Part shown: positions 52,146-64,000 of the stretch, in pieces
Numbering within the stretch: the stretch's first letter is position 1
Layout: each line of letters starts with the position of its first letter
NCBI GenBank assembly: GCA_002269645.1
Contig: NIVC01000309.1
Span: forward strand, 434,001 to 498,000
Reading direction: 5' to 3'
Origin: Macrostomum lignano
Taxonomy: Eukaryota
Length of the DNA stretch: 64,000 bases
Notes under the pieces: model-generated
The model's database searches: none
The model's input: the letters and a program-made list of their open reading frames with translations, nothing else
Told to the model about the DNA's origin: nothing
Translations under genes and position numbers: made by a program

Positions 52146-52284
52146 CAGTCTTTGAGCGTGTTTGGGGAAGAAACAGGTGAGATTAGGAAGGGAACACGAA
52201 CAGGAATCCTAGAATGGAGACCCGACCCGTTAAGTCGTTAAAAGGTGGCATAAAAAGGTAAATAAACTGTGAACTTGAAATCAC

Positions 52285-52590
52285 CTTAAACACATCGTTG
52301 AGATGCGGCTTCAGAAATCCCACAGCTTGGGCGGGATCGGCACTAACGCTGGTCCGCAGGCTGCGCACCTCCCGATCCAGATCTGGCGCCGATTTGCCCT
52401 GATAATTAGCCAGCAGGAATTTCACCGGATCGAAATCGGCGCTGAGTAGGTCGGCGCTCGGGTCGCCGGCGGCTGAGACAGACGATGAAGCGGAGCCAGC
52501 GACTGCGGCGGCGGACTCGGATGCTGAGCGATCGCGGCGGTGATCAACCACTGAACCGGCGCTTGTGCTCGATGGCTTCAGCTCCTGAGT
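52285..52590 (-). CDS. EXOC2: EXOC2 exon
   Basis: SADLLSADFDPVKFLLANY (compare SADFTSENFSAAWYLIENH); 306 nt. Confidence 0.9.
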
Positions 52591-52649
52591 CTGGGAGAGT
52601 TGGGGGGGGGGAAGGCGGTGGGATTGACTTGACAGAATGAAGATCCAGA

Positions 52650-53930
52650 GTCAGGGATGCAGATTCAGTGTCTCAGGGATGCAGATTCAGTGACTCAGGG
52701 ATGCAGATTCAGTGTCTCAGGGATTCAGATTTAGTGTCTCAGGGATGCAGATTCAGTATCTCAGGGATGCAGATTCAGTATCTCAAGGATGCAGATTCAG
52801 TATCTCAGGGATGAAGATTCAGTGACTCAGGGATGCAGATTCAGTGTCTCAGGGATGCAGATTCAGTATCTCAGGGATGCAGATTCAGTGTCTCAGGGAT
52901 GCAGATTCAGTATCTCAGGGATGCAGATTCAGTGACTCAGGGATGCAGATTCAGTATCTCAGGGATGCAGATTCAGTGACTCAAGGATGCAGATTCAGTA
53001 TCTCAAGGATGCAGATTCAGTGACTCAGGGATGCAGATTCAGTGACTCAGGTATGCAGATTCAGTGACTCAGGGATGCAGATTCAGTGTCTCAGGGATGC
53101 AGATTCAGTGACTCAGGGATGCAGGTTCAGTGACTCAAGGATGCAGGTTCAGTGACTCAAGGATGCAGGTTCAGTGACTCAGGGATGCAGATTCAGTGAC
53201 TCAAGGATGCAGATTTAGTCACTCAGGGATGCAGATTCAGTGACTCAGGGATGCAGATTCAGTGTCTCAGGGATGCAGCTTCAGTGACTCAGGGATGCAG
53301 ATTCAGTATCTCAGGGATGCAGATTCAGTGTCTCAGGGATGCAGATTCAGTGACTCAGGGATGCAGATTCAGTATCTCAGGGATGCAGATTCAGTATCTC
53401 AGGGATGCAGATTCAGTGTCTCAGGGATGCAGATTCAGTACCCACGGATGCAGATTCAGTATCTCAAGGATGCAGATTCAGTATCTCAGGGATGCAGATT
53501 CAGTATCTCAGGGATGCAGATTCAGTATCTCAGGGATGCAGATTCAGTATCTCAGGGATGCAGATTCAGTTTCTCAGGGTTGCAGATTCAGTATCTCAGG
53601 GATGCAGATTCAGTATCTCAGGGATGCAGATTCAGTATCTCAGGGATGCAGATTCAGTATCTCAGGGATGCAGATTCAGTATCTCAGGGATGCAGATTCA
53701 GTATCTCAAGGATGCAGATTCAGTATCTCAGGGATGAAGATTCAGTATCTCAGGGTTGCAGATTCAGTATCTCAGGGATGCAGATTCAGTATCTCAAGGA
53801 TGCAGATTCAGTATCTCAGGGATGCAGATTCAGTGTCTCAGGGATGCAGATTCAGTGACTCAGGGATGCAGATTCAGTGACTCAGGGATGCCAATTCAGT
53901 GACTCAAGGATGCAGATTCAGTGACTTTGC
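52650..53930. repeat. 22-bp minisatellite (cagggatgcagattcagtatct)n
   Basis: Direct reading. Confidence 0.95.
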
Positions 53931-54152
53931 AGTGTCTTTAAAACACGTATTTAGTGTCTCGAAGCTAAATTTCGGCAAATTTCTCGGGATTCAGAAACAA
54001 AAATTTAGTAACTCAATAATCAAGAGACAGGTATTCAAAGTCATCTATATACATGTACAGTGAATTTAAAATATTAATAACGCGGATCTACTACCTGAAG
54101 AACCGAAGCACATGTTTACAATGAAAAAACTTGAATCAAATCACCTACTAAC

Positions 54153-54494
54153 CTCAAACAGACTCTTGTCGGTCTCGGGCCAAACAGACCATTCGTCGCA
54201 CAAACCCACACTGAGCGCTTCAACAGTGAACTCAACCAGGCAGTTACACTTGACTCTCTCGCCCTTCTCATTACCTAGAACTAGTACAATGGCACCAGGG
54301 CCAAGTCTAGTCTGACCAGATATGGCCACAATTTTCTTTGAACTTTTCCATTCGGCCCACAGTGTACAGTCGAAGCCGCAGATGTACAGTGCCACGATGC
54401 TATCCTGCGAGCTGCCTAAATAAGTTCCACGAATTGTCACGGCAGTGCCTGGCGGGCCACTGCGCGGTGAAATACCATTGATATCTGGCGATGA
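54153..54494 (-). CDS. EXOC2: EXOC2 exon, IPT/TIG (Ral-binding) domain
   Basis: PDINGISPRSGPPGTAVTIRGTYLG...ICGFDCTLWAEWKSSKKI (compare [23 protein letters not shown]...ICGHNCLLTAEWMSASKI). Confidence 0.95.
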
Positions 54495-54616
54495 CTGGAA
54501 AATTAGCACCAAATCAATCATCATTATTCGAGTTTTATAGGCTCGTGCACTGTTAATTATTGCCTAGTTGCTAATAAAACAAGTTTAAAAATCCTATACA
54601 ACAGGCATGAAAAGAG

Positions 54617-55810
54617 CAAATAAAAATCTTTTAGCACTGATCAGTTTGTAAATAATTTTGTAGGATCTATCAAATAAAAATCTTTTAGCACTGATCAGTT
54701 TGTAAATAATATTGTAGGATCTATCAAATAAAAATCTTTTAGCACTGATCAGTTTGTAAATAATATTGTAGGATCTATCAAATAAAAAGCTTTTAGCACT
54801 GATCAGTTTGTAAATAATATTGTAGGATCTATCAAATAAAAATCTTTTAGCACTGATCAGTTTGTAAATAATTTTGTAGGATCTATCAAATAAAAAGCTT
54901 TTAGCACTGATCAGTTTGTAAATAATATTGTAGGATCTATCAAATAAAAAGCTTTTAGCACTGATCAGTTTGTAAATAATATTGTAGGATCTATCAAATA
55001 AAAAGCTTTTAGCACTGATCAGTTTGTAAATAATATTGTAGGATCTATCAAATAAAAAGCTTTTAGCACTGATCAGTTTGTAAATAATTTTGTAGGATCT
55101 ATCAAATAAAAATCTTTTAGCACTGATCAGTTTGTAAATAATTTTGTAGGATCTATCAAATAAAAATCTTTTAGCACTGATCAGTTTGTAAATAATATTG
55201 TAGGATCTATCAAATAAAAATCTTTTAGCACTGATCAGTTTGTAAATAATATTGTAGGATCTATCAAATAAAAAGCTTTTAGCACTGATCAGTTTGTAAA
55301 TAATATTGTAGGATCTATCAAATAAAAATCTTTTAGCACTGATCAGTTTGTAAATAATTTTGTAGGATCTATCAAATAAAAAGCTTTTAGCACTGATCAG
55401 TTTGTAAATAATATTGTAGGATCTATCAAATAAAAAGCTTTTAGCACTGATCAGTTTGTAAATAATATTGTAGGATCTATCAAATAAAAAGCTTTTAGCA
55501 CTGATCAGTTTGTAAATAATATTGTAGGATCTATCAAATAAAAAGCTTTTAGCACTGATCAGTTTGTAAATAATTTTGTAGGATCTATCAAATAAAAATC
55601 TTTTAGCACTGATCAGTTTGTAAATAATTTTGTAGGATCTATCAAATAAAAAGCTTTTAGCACTGATCAGTTTGTAAATAATTTTGTAGGATCTATCAAA
55701 TAAAAAGCTTTTAGCACTGATCAGTTGGTAAATAATTTTGTAGGATCTATCAAATAAAAGCTTTTAGCACTGATCAATTTGTAAATAATTTTGTAAGACC
55801 TTTCAAATAA
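54617..55810. repeat. 54-bp AT-rich minisatellite
   Basis: aaataaaaatcttttagcactgatcagtttgtaaataattttgtaggatctatc, about 22 copies. Confidence 0.95.
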
Positions 55811-55860
55811 AAGCTAGACAAGGCATAGACCAAAAATGTTCAGATATTGCAATGAAAGCA

Positions 55861-55930
55861 GGCCATAGTCTAGTGGTCTAGTGCAGCACTCTGATGTGCC
55901 AGCGGCCCAGGCTCGATTCCAAGTGTACTC
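55861..55930 (+). other. Degenerate tRNA-like head (SINE remnant or tRNA pseudogene)
   Basis: Box A TAGTCTAGTGG, box B GCTCGATTCC; no convincing cloverleaf. Confidence 0.35.
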
Positions 55931-56385
55931 ACATTAATTTGGGGCTAAATTGGAATCTCAGTTAGGCTCTGCTCATGCAATTGATGCCTTTGAGGGCCAA
56001 CCCCCAAGGCACAATGAAGTCTACACACCTAACGATAAATATAAAGTTAGGGCCGCTGTACACTCCTGTGTGAGTGTGTGCCTGTGCATTAGTACATATC
56101 TGCACACTTGTGTGCCTGCTCAGGAAAGTTGGTAAAATATGAAAGCAATGCCTTTTGTCAGTAGTGTGAGAATGCCACTTAAAGTGTAGCAAGGTGCACT
56201 CAGCCAACCTACATCTAATAAATCTAATAAAGATTGTTATGCCTTTAATTATGGACCTATTCTCTATTCAATACTAGCAGCAAAGCTACTTATGCTTCTA
56301 AGTATAATATGATAATAAAAGTACAAATAGCTAGTATTATAAATAGGCTATATAAGTGTCTGCCAACTAGAAGCGCTATCATGCA

Positions 56386-57045
56386 GAGAGGACCAGAGGT
56401 CTGCTGAACTGGCTGAAGTCCCATGGTGGACTTATGCACATTTTCTTGGACGAGAAGCTGTTCACCATCGATGCTGTCATCAATAGGCAAAATGATCACT
56501 GCATCATATCTGGGCCAGTGTCTGAGATTTCAAGCAATGTTTGGGTGATTAAATTTGGGTTGCAGCAGAGCTACCCAAGAGGTGACTATATATTTCAGCA
56601 GGATGGCACTCTAGCTCATACTGCAAGGACAATGCAGGCATTTTTGGTGGCCAACTTTAGCAATTTCTGGGATAAGGACATCTGGCCTCCCTCATCGCCT
56701 GATTTGAACCCCTTAGACTTCTATTTCTGGGCGTCTGTAGATAAGGAGGCTTGCTGAGTTCAACATAGGAGCATGGCAAATCTATGTGCTGCCATCTGCA
56801 GGGCATGGGAAAAAATTCCAAACCAAGAGGTTGCCAGGGCTATGCAGACTTTTTGGAAGTGCCTTGAGGGAATTATGGAAGCTGGCGGAGGATTTAAAAA
56901 ACAACTTTTTTGTGTATATGATGGACTAAAATAGAGTACATTTTAATGTAATTGTGAGAATTCATTTGGTCACTGTGTATCAAAATATATTTTTTACAAA
57001 AATGTTTTTATAAAAAAGGCCTAATGTTTAAATGTGCACAGCCAG
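56386..57045 (+). mobile_element. maT-type (DD37D) Tc1/mariner fragment, 5'-truncated and internally deleted
   Basis: IFLDEKLFT, FQQDG...WPPSSPDLNPLD with 37 residues between the Ds, premature TGA; probable right end GTGCACAGCCAG-TA. Confidence 0.8.
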
Positions 57046-57459
57046 TATATATTAGATTCCCTATTGATATATATTGCAAATTTTAATGTGGAATTCACTG
57101 CAGGATTCAATGCAGAATTTTCCACATTAAACTAATCAAAACCAGTGGTGCAGCCAGGGAGGGGGGGCAGTGGGGCCTGGGTCCCCTCCCAAATTCCAAA
57201 GAATAAATTGCCCCCCCCCTTGAAATTCTTAAGAAAAAAACCCACCCTCTATACCTCCCCATCTGGGTACTGAATACGAGGGGCACTACGAAAGTTTTTA
57301 GCTACACCTCAGCTGTTTGTCCTATCAGATTAATTTTTCACAGGCTTACAGGACAATATATATGACCATGATGAATAAAATTTCACGCAAATATCTCACA
57401 GCATTTAGCTGCTAGAGCCAGATAACTTCAGCACCTCTGCCCACTTTCCAGCGGAGCTC

Positions 57460-58837
57460 ATGGAACTGAATCGCGAGCACTTTCGTGCCATGATCTTCTA
57501 TGATTATTGCAGCAGCCTTGATTGCCGACAGTGCCATGAAAGGCTGTCAGCGGCTTTCCCAGAAGCTGCTCCATCACTTGCGACCATCAGCAACTGGTTC
57601 CGCGAGTTTCGTTGTGGCCGAGACTTGTTGGAAGATGAGGAGTGTACAGACCGACCTTCAACCGCCACGACACCAGAAACAGTGGCTCGTGTCCGCCAGC
57701 TGGTAGAAGCTGACTGGCGGATAACCTACAAGGAGATCGAGGCATCCCTGAGCATCCATTCGCCAGCCATCGCCAAAATCCTCCACGACCACATCGGCTT
57801 GCGCAAGCTGACCAGTTGTTGGGTGCCCCACCTGCTGAAGCCTGAGCAGAAGCAGGCCAGGGTCGACTGGTGCCGCCAGATGCTGCAGAAGTACAGCGAT
57901 GGAGCATCTAAGGCGGTCGCCGACATTGTAACATGCAACGAGACTTGGGTTTACTGCTACGAGCCAGAGCGCAAGTGCCAGTTGCAGGTGTGGGCGTTTC
58001 CGGACGAGGTGCCGCCAACAAAGGTCGTGCGAGTCAGGAGCACCGGCAAGCAAATGGTCGCAACTTTTTTCCGTCGCTCAGGTCACGTGGCGACTGTGCG
58101 GCTGCTGGACCAGTGCACAGTGACTGCGGCCTGGTATACTGGCGTCTGCTTGCCACAGGTCATTCACAGCCTGAGCAGGACGCATCCGAAGTCAGGTGTC
58201 CGAGGCCTGACGCTGCATCAGGACAACGCGAGCGCTCACACGGCTCAGGCAACACCCTATTGCAGCCAATGGCCATTTTCATGGACGGCGTCCAGCGCGG
58301 ATTTTGGCCTGGCGGCGGCGCGGCGCGCGGCGGCGGCGCGGCGCGTGGCGGTGGCGCGCGGTGGCGTGGCGTGTGGCGGCGGCGCGCGGCGGCGTGGCGC
58401 GGGGGCATGGGAGAGGGGTGTGGGGGCACACGTGAGGAGGGGCACAGAGGGTTATATTGAAGCAAATCACTGATCCTGGGGACTGGCCCTGGCGCGGTAC
58501 GAGTAGATGTCTGGCGCGGGAAAGGGGGGCGTCCAGCGCGGTTCAGACCTTGGCTGCAATAGGGAGGCAACATAGCAGTTCCTGCAGACTCAGGGACTGC
58601 AGCTGACTAGTCACCCGCCATACTCGCCTGATCTGGCACCGTGTGACTTTTTTGTTCCCTAAAGTCAAGGACTCGCTGGGTGGTCGCCGATTTTTGACTG
58701 CAGAGGAGGCTGCTGATACATTCAACAAGATGGTGGAAGGGGTGTCGACTTCTGAGTGGCACCACTGCTTCGTTAACTGGTTTGAAAGGATGAGGTGCTG
58801 CATCCAGGCTGGTGGAGAATACTTTGAGAAGCTGTGA
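57460..58837 (+). pseudogene. Mariner transposase pseudogene
   Basis: WVPHLL, HQDNA, HPPYSPDLAPCD (D34D after removing the insert); first D lost (CNETW), TAG after the insert, frameshift at the T-run near 58650. Confidence 0.92.
58255..58564. mobile_element. 310-bp GC-rich MITE inserted in the transposase
   Basis: Perfect 15-bp TIR CCCTATTGCAGCCAA; perfect 8-bp TSD AGGCAACA (58247-58254, 58565-58572). Confidence 0.93.
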
Positions 58838-61800
58838 AAATTTCAGCTTTATAGCTGCTTCAGTTTAGACGAAGCTAAAAACTTTCGTAGTGCCCCTTGT
58901 AGGCCCCCCCCAAAAATTTCTGGCTATACCACTGATCAAACCATTAATACATCTAATCTAAACAAATTTAACCCAAATATTTTTTTACTTTCCCAATTGA
59001 TATTCTTAGGCCTAAGCCTATTCAATGCCAGATTTCCTGCACTAAACTTAATTTGAGTTCTTAAGCCTATTCAATGCAGGATTCAATATGGGATTTCCCA
59101 CAAAAAACTCAACTTGAGTTCCTAAAATGATTCAATGTGGAATTTGATGCAGTTTTTACCACTTGGAACCAAAGTCACATACCAACATATGTCAATTTCC
59201 TAGTAAACTGTTCATTTAGTCTTGATAACAGAATACAAAAATAAAGGTCAAATATGAGCATCAACCAGAAAGATATTAATGTTTAAATTTCATAGCTAGC
59301 AGAAGAAGGCTATGATAAGGATGCCAAAAACCATCAATTTTGTAAACCAGTTAACCAGTTTAAAAACCTGGTTTTCCAACTTATGCTACTAAACTACTCA
59401 GAAAAGGTCATTTAGCATCATATATGCCCAACCTTAGAACTTCACCTGTCCAGTACAACTTAGTCTTGTCCAGATTTGTGGCTTAGTTCCTCTTAATTTT
59501 GACTTAGTTCTCTCGATTGCAACTTAAATTTTTACTTTGTATATGATTTTTCTTGCCTTTTTCTCTTTTTCTTTCTCTCTCCTTTTTCCTTTCTCTCTCT
59601 TCTCTCTCCTTTCTTTTCTTTTTCTCTTCCTTTCCTTTCTTTCTACCCCCAATTTTTAGTTTTTTTGTGTTTTATATTTTGTAACTTACCTTGGCTGGCA
59701 GCCATTTTACCCGCCTGGTTTGGAAGAGTCAGATGGATATTGGGCATATATGTTTAGTATGCTCACACTATAAAAAATATGCTTAAAATTGATTTTGTAT
59801 CATAGGCCCCCTACTTGTATAAAACAATATTATAATGTATTTGCTAAAAAAACAATAGAAAATTTACTTTCAAGTTTACAATAATAACATGTAGTGTGCA
59901 CAACATAGACTTGATAGTTCACGTAGTCAGTTAATCTTCTATTGCACTTTATAAAGCACCTGCAAATCTGCAATCAGCAATTCAGCTTTAGTCAAACTCT
60001 AACAATGTTAAAGCAGGTAGGCCTAGCAATCAAAGACGATGACTAAAAAATAGTAAAACCCTATAGAAAAATATTAAAAGCACTTATAATTAGAAATGGC
60101 AATGGCACTGAAGACTGAAGACTTTTGGAGTTGAAATTGAAGCATAGAAATAGTTTGTATTAAGTACAACGTGCGATATAATGATACAAAAATAAACCAC
60201 AACATGAAATCTTAGCTTGTTTATCAAATAAAATGCTAAAAATTGTTAACAAAATAATTTAGAAGTGTAAAACCAGACCGAAACCTTAGCTTGGCATCCC
60301 TAGCTTGGCTTAGAAACCGGAATTGGTATCCCTAGGCTATGACTCCTACGAGTCAAAACATCAAATTTTGAGTGTTTAATCTAAATATACTAAATCTCTA
60401 AGTCTATATACTAAAAATGAACCTCGTTAGTTGACCGACTTTTCACAAATTCATACTTTGAAACAACAAAAGATTCAAAGAACCATGTGTTGTGTGCACT
60501 TTGTGTGTGTTGTGTGCACTTGTGGCGAATACTACTTTGGCAAATTATGTATGGCCATTTCGCGAAGTAAAGTTATATATGTTGTCCTTTCTTATTTTAC
60601 TATTTGGGCTACTTCTCATCTAAGTCTTAGTCAAATATTATAAAATAACAATATCATGGATGACTCCATGACAGCTTTCTAAGAAAAAGTATATTTAAAG
60701 AATAGTTAGTGAAACACCATTAAGCGGTAAAACCACATTTCAGACAGCAAAGTAGTTAAAGGCATTAAAAGAACCAAAAAATTAGCCATCAATTTTTTAC
60801 GCAAAAGATTTGCCGGCAACATTTTATCTTGCAGTGCATTTACTGTTCAGAAGATTTTCCCTGCATTGCATTTTGCTCCCAATTCTTAGTACATGTCACT
60901 CTCTAATATGTAGTAACTGCATATCAAATTTCTTCTAAAAAGTTGTGGGTAGCTGTCTTTTTATCTGAGGAGTAAAGAATGTTAGAGTAGATCGAGCCGA
61001 CAAAATGGGTCAAGATTAGGCCCTGATTTTGTTCAAAATATCCTTTTTGCCTATATGAACCACCGAAAAAGACTGTACCCACGGTTTACAGCTGCCGGAA
61101 ACTAAACTACAACGATGATTGGCTCTCATAATTTGTAATATTTTAAAAATGTAGGGCCTTGTGTCTTTGGGCCTTTTCATATTGCTTGCTCTGTTCCAGA
61201 ACCAGAACCAATTTGTGAAGTATAACTTTTTGTCTCCATAACTAGAGGGAGATACGTGCTATAAAGTTTTTATTATCGAATGACAATCGCCAAGTAAAAA
61301 AAGTGAAAAACTGTGCTAAGTTAGGTTGTTAAGGCAGTCAAATATTAACAGAGTTTAATAGTTATACTGCTGTTTTTCTTGGAATTCCGAACCGATCTTC
61401 TGGTTCTGGAATTGGTAATATGAAAAGGCCCTTTGGCTTTGTGGTTCACTATTTTACGACAATTTATATATGTCGTTTTTTCAAAAACACGTTTTCTAAG
61501 ACATGGGTAAACAAAAGTCTTTCGCAATCGCAATCTTCAGAAACGTCAATAAACTACTAGTCTTCACCGACCGTTGATATATCGACTGTTGCCACTTATT
61601 AGTTAACCCAAATAACATTGATGCAGCAGGGAATGCAACGCAAGATTTAGCGACAGAAATTTAACATGGACAAATTCGTCGAAACGCGAAAGCAAATTAG
61701 GCGATAAGTCTTCGATATAGCCAAAGTTAAAGCAAATTAAATTTAAGGTTTTCCTTAAAAATATAGAAAGCTAATGAATGACCTCTGATAGAATAGAAAT

Positions 61801-62462
61801 ACTTTATAGCATAGAATAGAATGCTTTCGATCGAATTGAAATATATTGGATATTGCGTTTCTTTGACTCTTGAGAATAAACAAAACATATCTTGAAAAGC
61901 ACATTTATTTAGGAAGCATGCAGATGCACATAAAAATAATGGATAGGCCTAGGCCTAAAGCAAACCTGATTAAAATGGAAATTTGGTCTGACTAGGCCTA
62001 ATACCATTTGCATTGTACTGAAATAATTAGTGCCTATACTGTATACATACACAATTGTTCTTCCTTCATTGTTGCCAGATTTGACTAAGCCTAGGCCTTG
62101 TTGCTAGATTGTTGCCAAATTTGTCCATGTCCATGGTGAATCTAAATCTTGAATGCCAAATTTGTTTGTTGCCAAATTGGTCAGCACCTATAGTATGGAA
62201 AATGTCTACAAATGTTGGGCCTAATAGTCCTAAATTCTAACACTAACTAAGCCTATTATTTCAAAGGCCTAGGCCCCTATGCCTTGCCCTTGGGTTATAG
62301 TCCTATGCTCTTGCCCTTGGCTTGCCCCTAGCTTATTCAAAACTAGCCTATGGCCTATCTAGTTGAAATTTCTGAATATTTGTTAACTATGCAATAAGTA
62401 ACCTGTAACCATAGTAAGTGTCTAAGTAACCTTAAATGCTCTTGGACTTGAACCTTAACCTT

Positions 62463-62834
62463 CAGGGTTTTTTTTTGTGCACAGAGTGTGCATATGCACC
62501 CTAAATTTTAAAATCGCACCCTGAAATTAAAAAAGTAGGTGCGGTTTAGGTGCAGTCTTATAACCATTTTTCTTTAAAGGCTTAACCATGCTTAAGCTAT
62601 TTTTCATGTACTGCCTTAAAATATGAAACAAAATAACTCTTTAAATCCTATTAAGTCATATAGGCAATATAGCCTATGGCTATAGCCTTATGTAAGATAT
62701 TAAAATATACATTCCCTTCCCATTTGTCTGAAACAAGACTCAAGAGAAATTGCACTCTGAGCCTTAAAATCGCACCTTGAAATTTGGCACAAGGTGCAAT
62801 TTTGCACCTTGTCTCTGGCGAAAAAAAAACCTAG
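62463..62834. mobile_element. hAT-like MITE, 372 bp
   Basis: Ends CAGGGTTTTTTTT / AAAAAAAAACCTAG; perfect 8-bp TSD TTAACCTT. Confidence 0.8.
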
Positions 62835-64000
62835 TTAACCTTAAATTAGGGTCTAGGCCTAACATGGTTAAAATTTAAAATTCTTTCTTATTGGATGTAA
62901 GACAGATACTATATAACTAGATAGTTCATTTAGTTAATTTACTCTAAGTTATACTACTATTAGGACTAGCTATTAGTAGCCTAATAAAAATAGCGAAATA
63001 AAGAATCAATTTTGCAAATTTCTATAAAGTAGTTTTTTGATAGCAAGGCTGAGGCCAAGTAATGATAATGACTTATATATTTTGAGAGGATTTTATTTAT
63101 TTTATTTTTAAAATCAAAGTATTTTTATTATTTTTATAATTATTATATCAAATTATGCTTTTATATATTTATACTAATATTGTATAGGCTAAAGGCTAAG
63201 GAATTGTCTTTATAATATTGGAGCCTTTCTCTTCTTAGGAGCTCCTTTAAAAGTTGCATCTTAGACATCTTCTAGCAATAGCTTGCAGCACCTGAAGAAG
63301 ATACATTATTGCATACTAGTTGGCAGTCATTGCTATGTTTCTAGTGGAAAAAGCCCTAACTTTAACTATACTGCTATGAGCCACAATAATAGCCATTACT
63401 GCTTAGTGTTGCTTTGTGACTAGACCAATTTTAAGGCAGCTCTGCTTTTTACAGGGACCCATTGCAATGACTGCTGTTTACTTTCAAGGTCAAAGCTGTA
63501 CACCCAAATCTTGTCTCTACTGATGACCCCCTAGGTGCTTGTTGACCTGCCTTAATTAAATCTATCTAGCTGGGCTTGATACCAATCAGCCTGAGCTTGC
63601 TTTTATGCCTCAGTCAGGTAATGAGGCACTTAGTAGGCAAACACTACTTAGCCTGAGCTTTTCATGCAGAATGCTCAGCATACTTCCCAATGAAATGTCA
63701 ATAGCATTGGATAACTATTGCACAATTGATTATAGATCTTCGGGGATCAATGCCTGCACTGCAGCCATATTTGCATCAGTTGTTAAATAGATACCTCATG
63801 CCACAATGCAGGACAACTTGTTGAAATGTGCATTGCATACTTTTAAATTGCACTTTTAAATTGCTATAGCCTGTAAGCTCTACATCTAGCTCCAGAAATC
63901 CTTTCTATCTATTATCCATTAAGTAACCACCACTTCATCTGCCAAGAATCTATGCATTGCACTAGACTTCTAGTCTTGCTAATGCAAGTGTATGCTTGAC

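Larger units (their letters stand above)
57277..58899 (+). mobile_element. Mariner (DD34D) transposon, defective
   Basis: 27-bp TIRs CGAGGGGCACTACGAAAGTTTTTAGCT (1 mismatch), TA on both sides. Confidence 0.95.
57143..58934. mobile_element. hAT-like MITE (about 170 bp net) hosting a mariner
   Basis: TIR CAGTGGTGCAGCCAG / CTGGCTATACCACTG; 8-bp near-TSD ATCAAAAC / ATCAAACC. Confidence 0.8.

Noticed and set aside
59000-64000. AT-rich tail with short ORFs and AGGCCT-rich patches
   Set aside because: No coherent coding or structural signal apart from the 62463-62834 MITE.

Overview
Eukaryotic (metazoan) genomic DNA. GC-rich exons with poly-Ala/Gln/Ser tracts and introns packed with mini- and microsatellites suggest a free-living flatworm such as Macrostomum (inference from sequence style, not a database result). 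Three conserved spliced genes could be rebuilt by hand: an MTSS1/MIM-like I-BAR gene (+, 16893-27444, 6 exons), a Shab/Kv2 potassium channel (+, 33195-43900, 5 exons) and exocyst EXOC2/Sec5 (-, 46254-54494, 7 exons seen, start exon not found). There is also a probable orphan single-pass membrane protein gene (-, 8987-10988). Mobile DNA: a young Ty3/Gypsy element with identical 183-bp LTRs, a 5-bp TSD and one in-frame TGA; a decayed RTE-like LINE; a Penelope-like RT+GIY-YIG element inside a (GATA)n array with a hammerhead motif; a 325-bp fold-back element with two opposed hammerhead ribozymes; tRNA-derived SINEs; several MITEs; and a three-level nest of DNA transposons next to a DD37D fragment. 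Most long ORFs in the track are repeat artefacts. Repeat-array boundaries are approximate; splice and TE boundaries were counted by hand.
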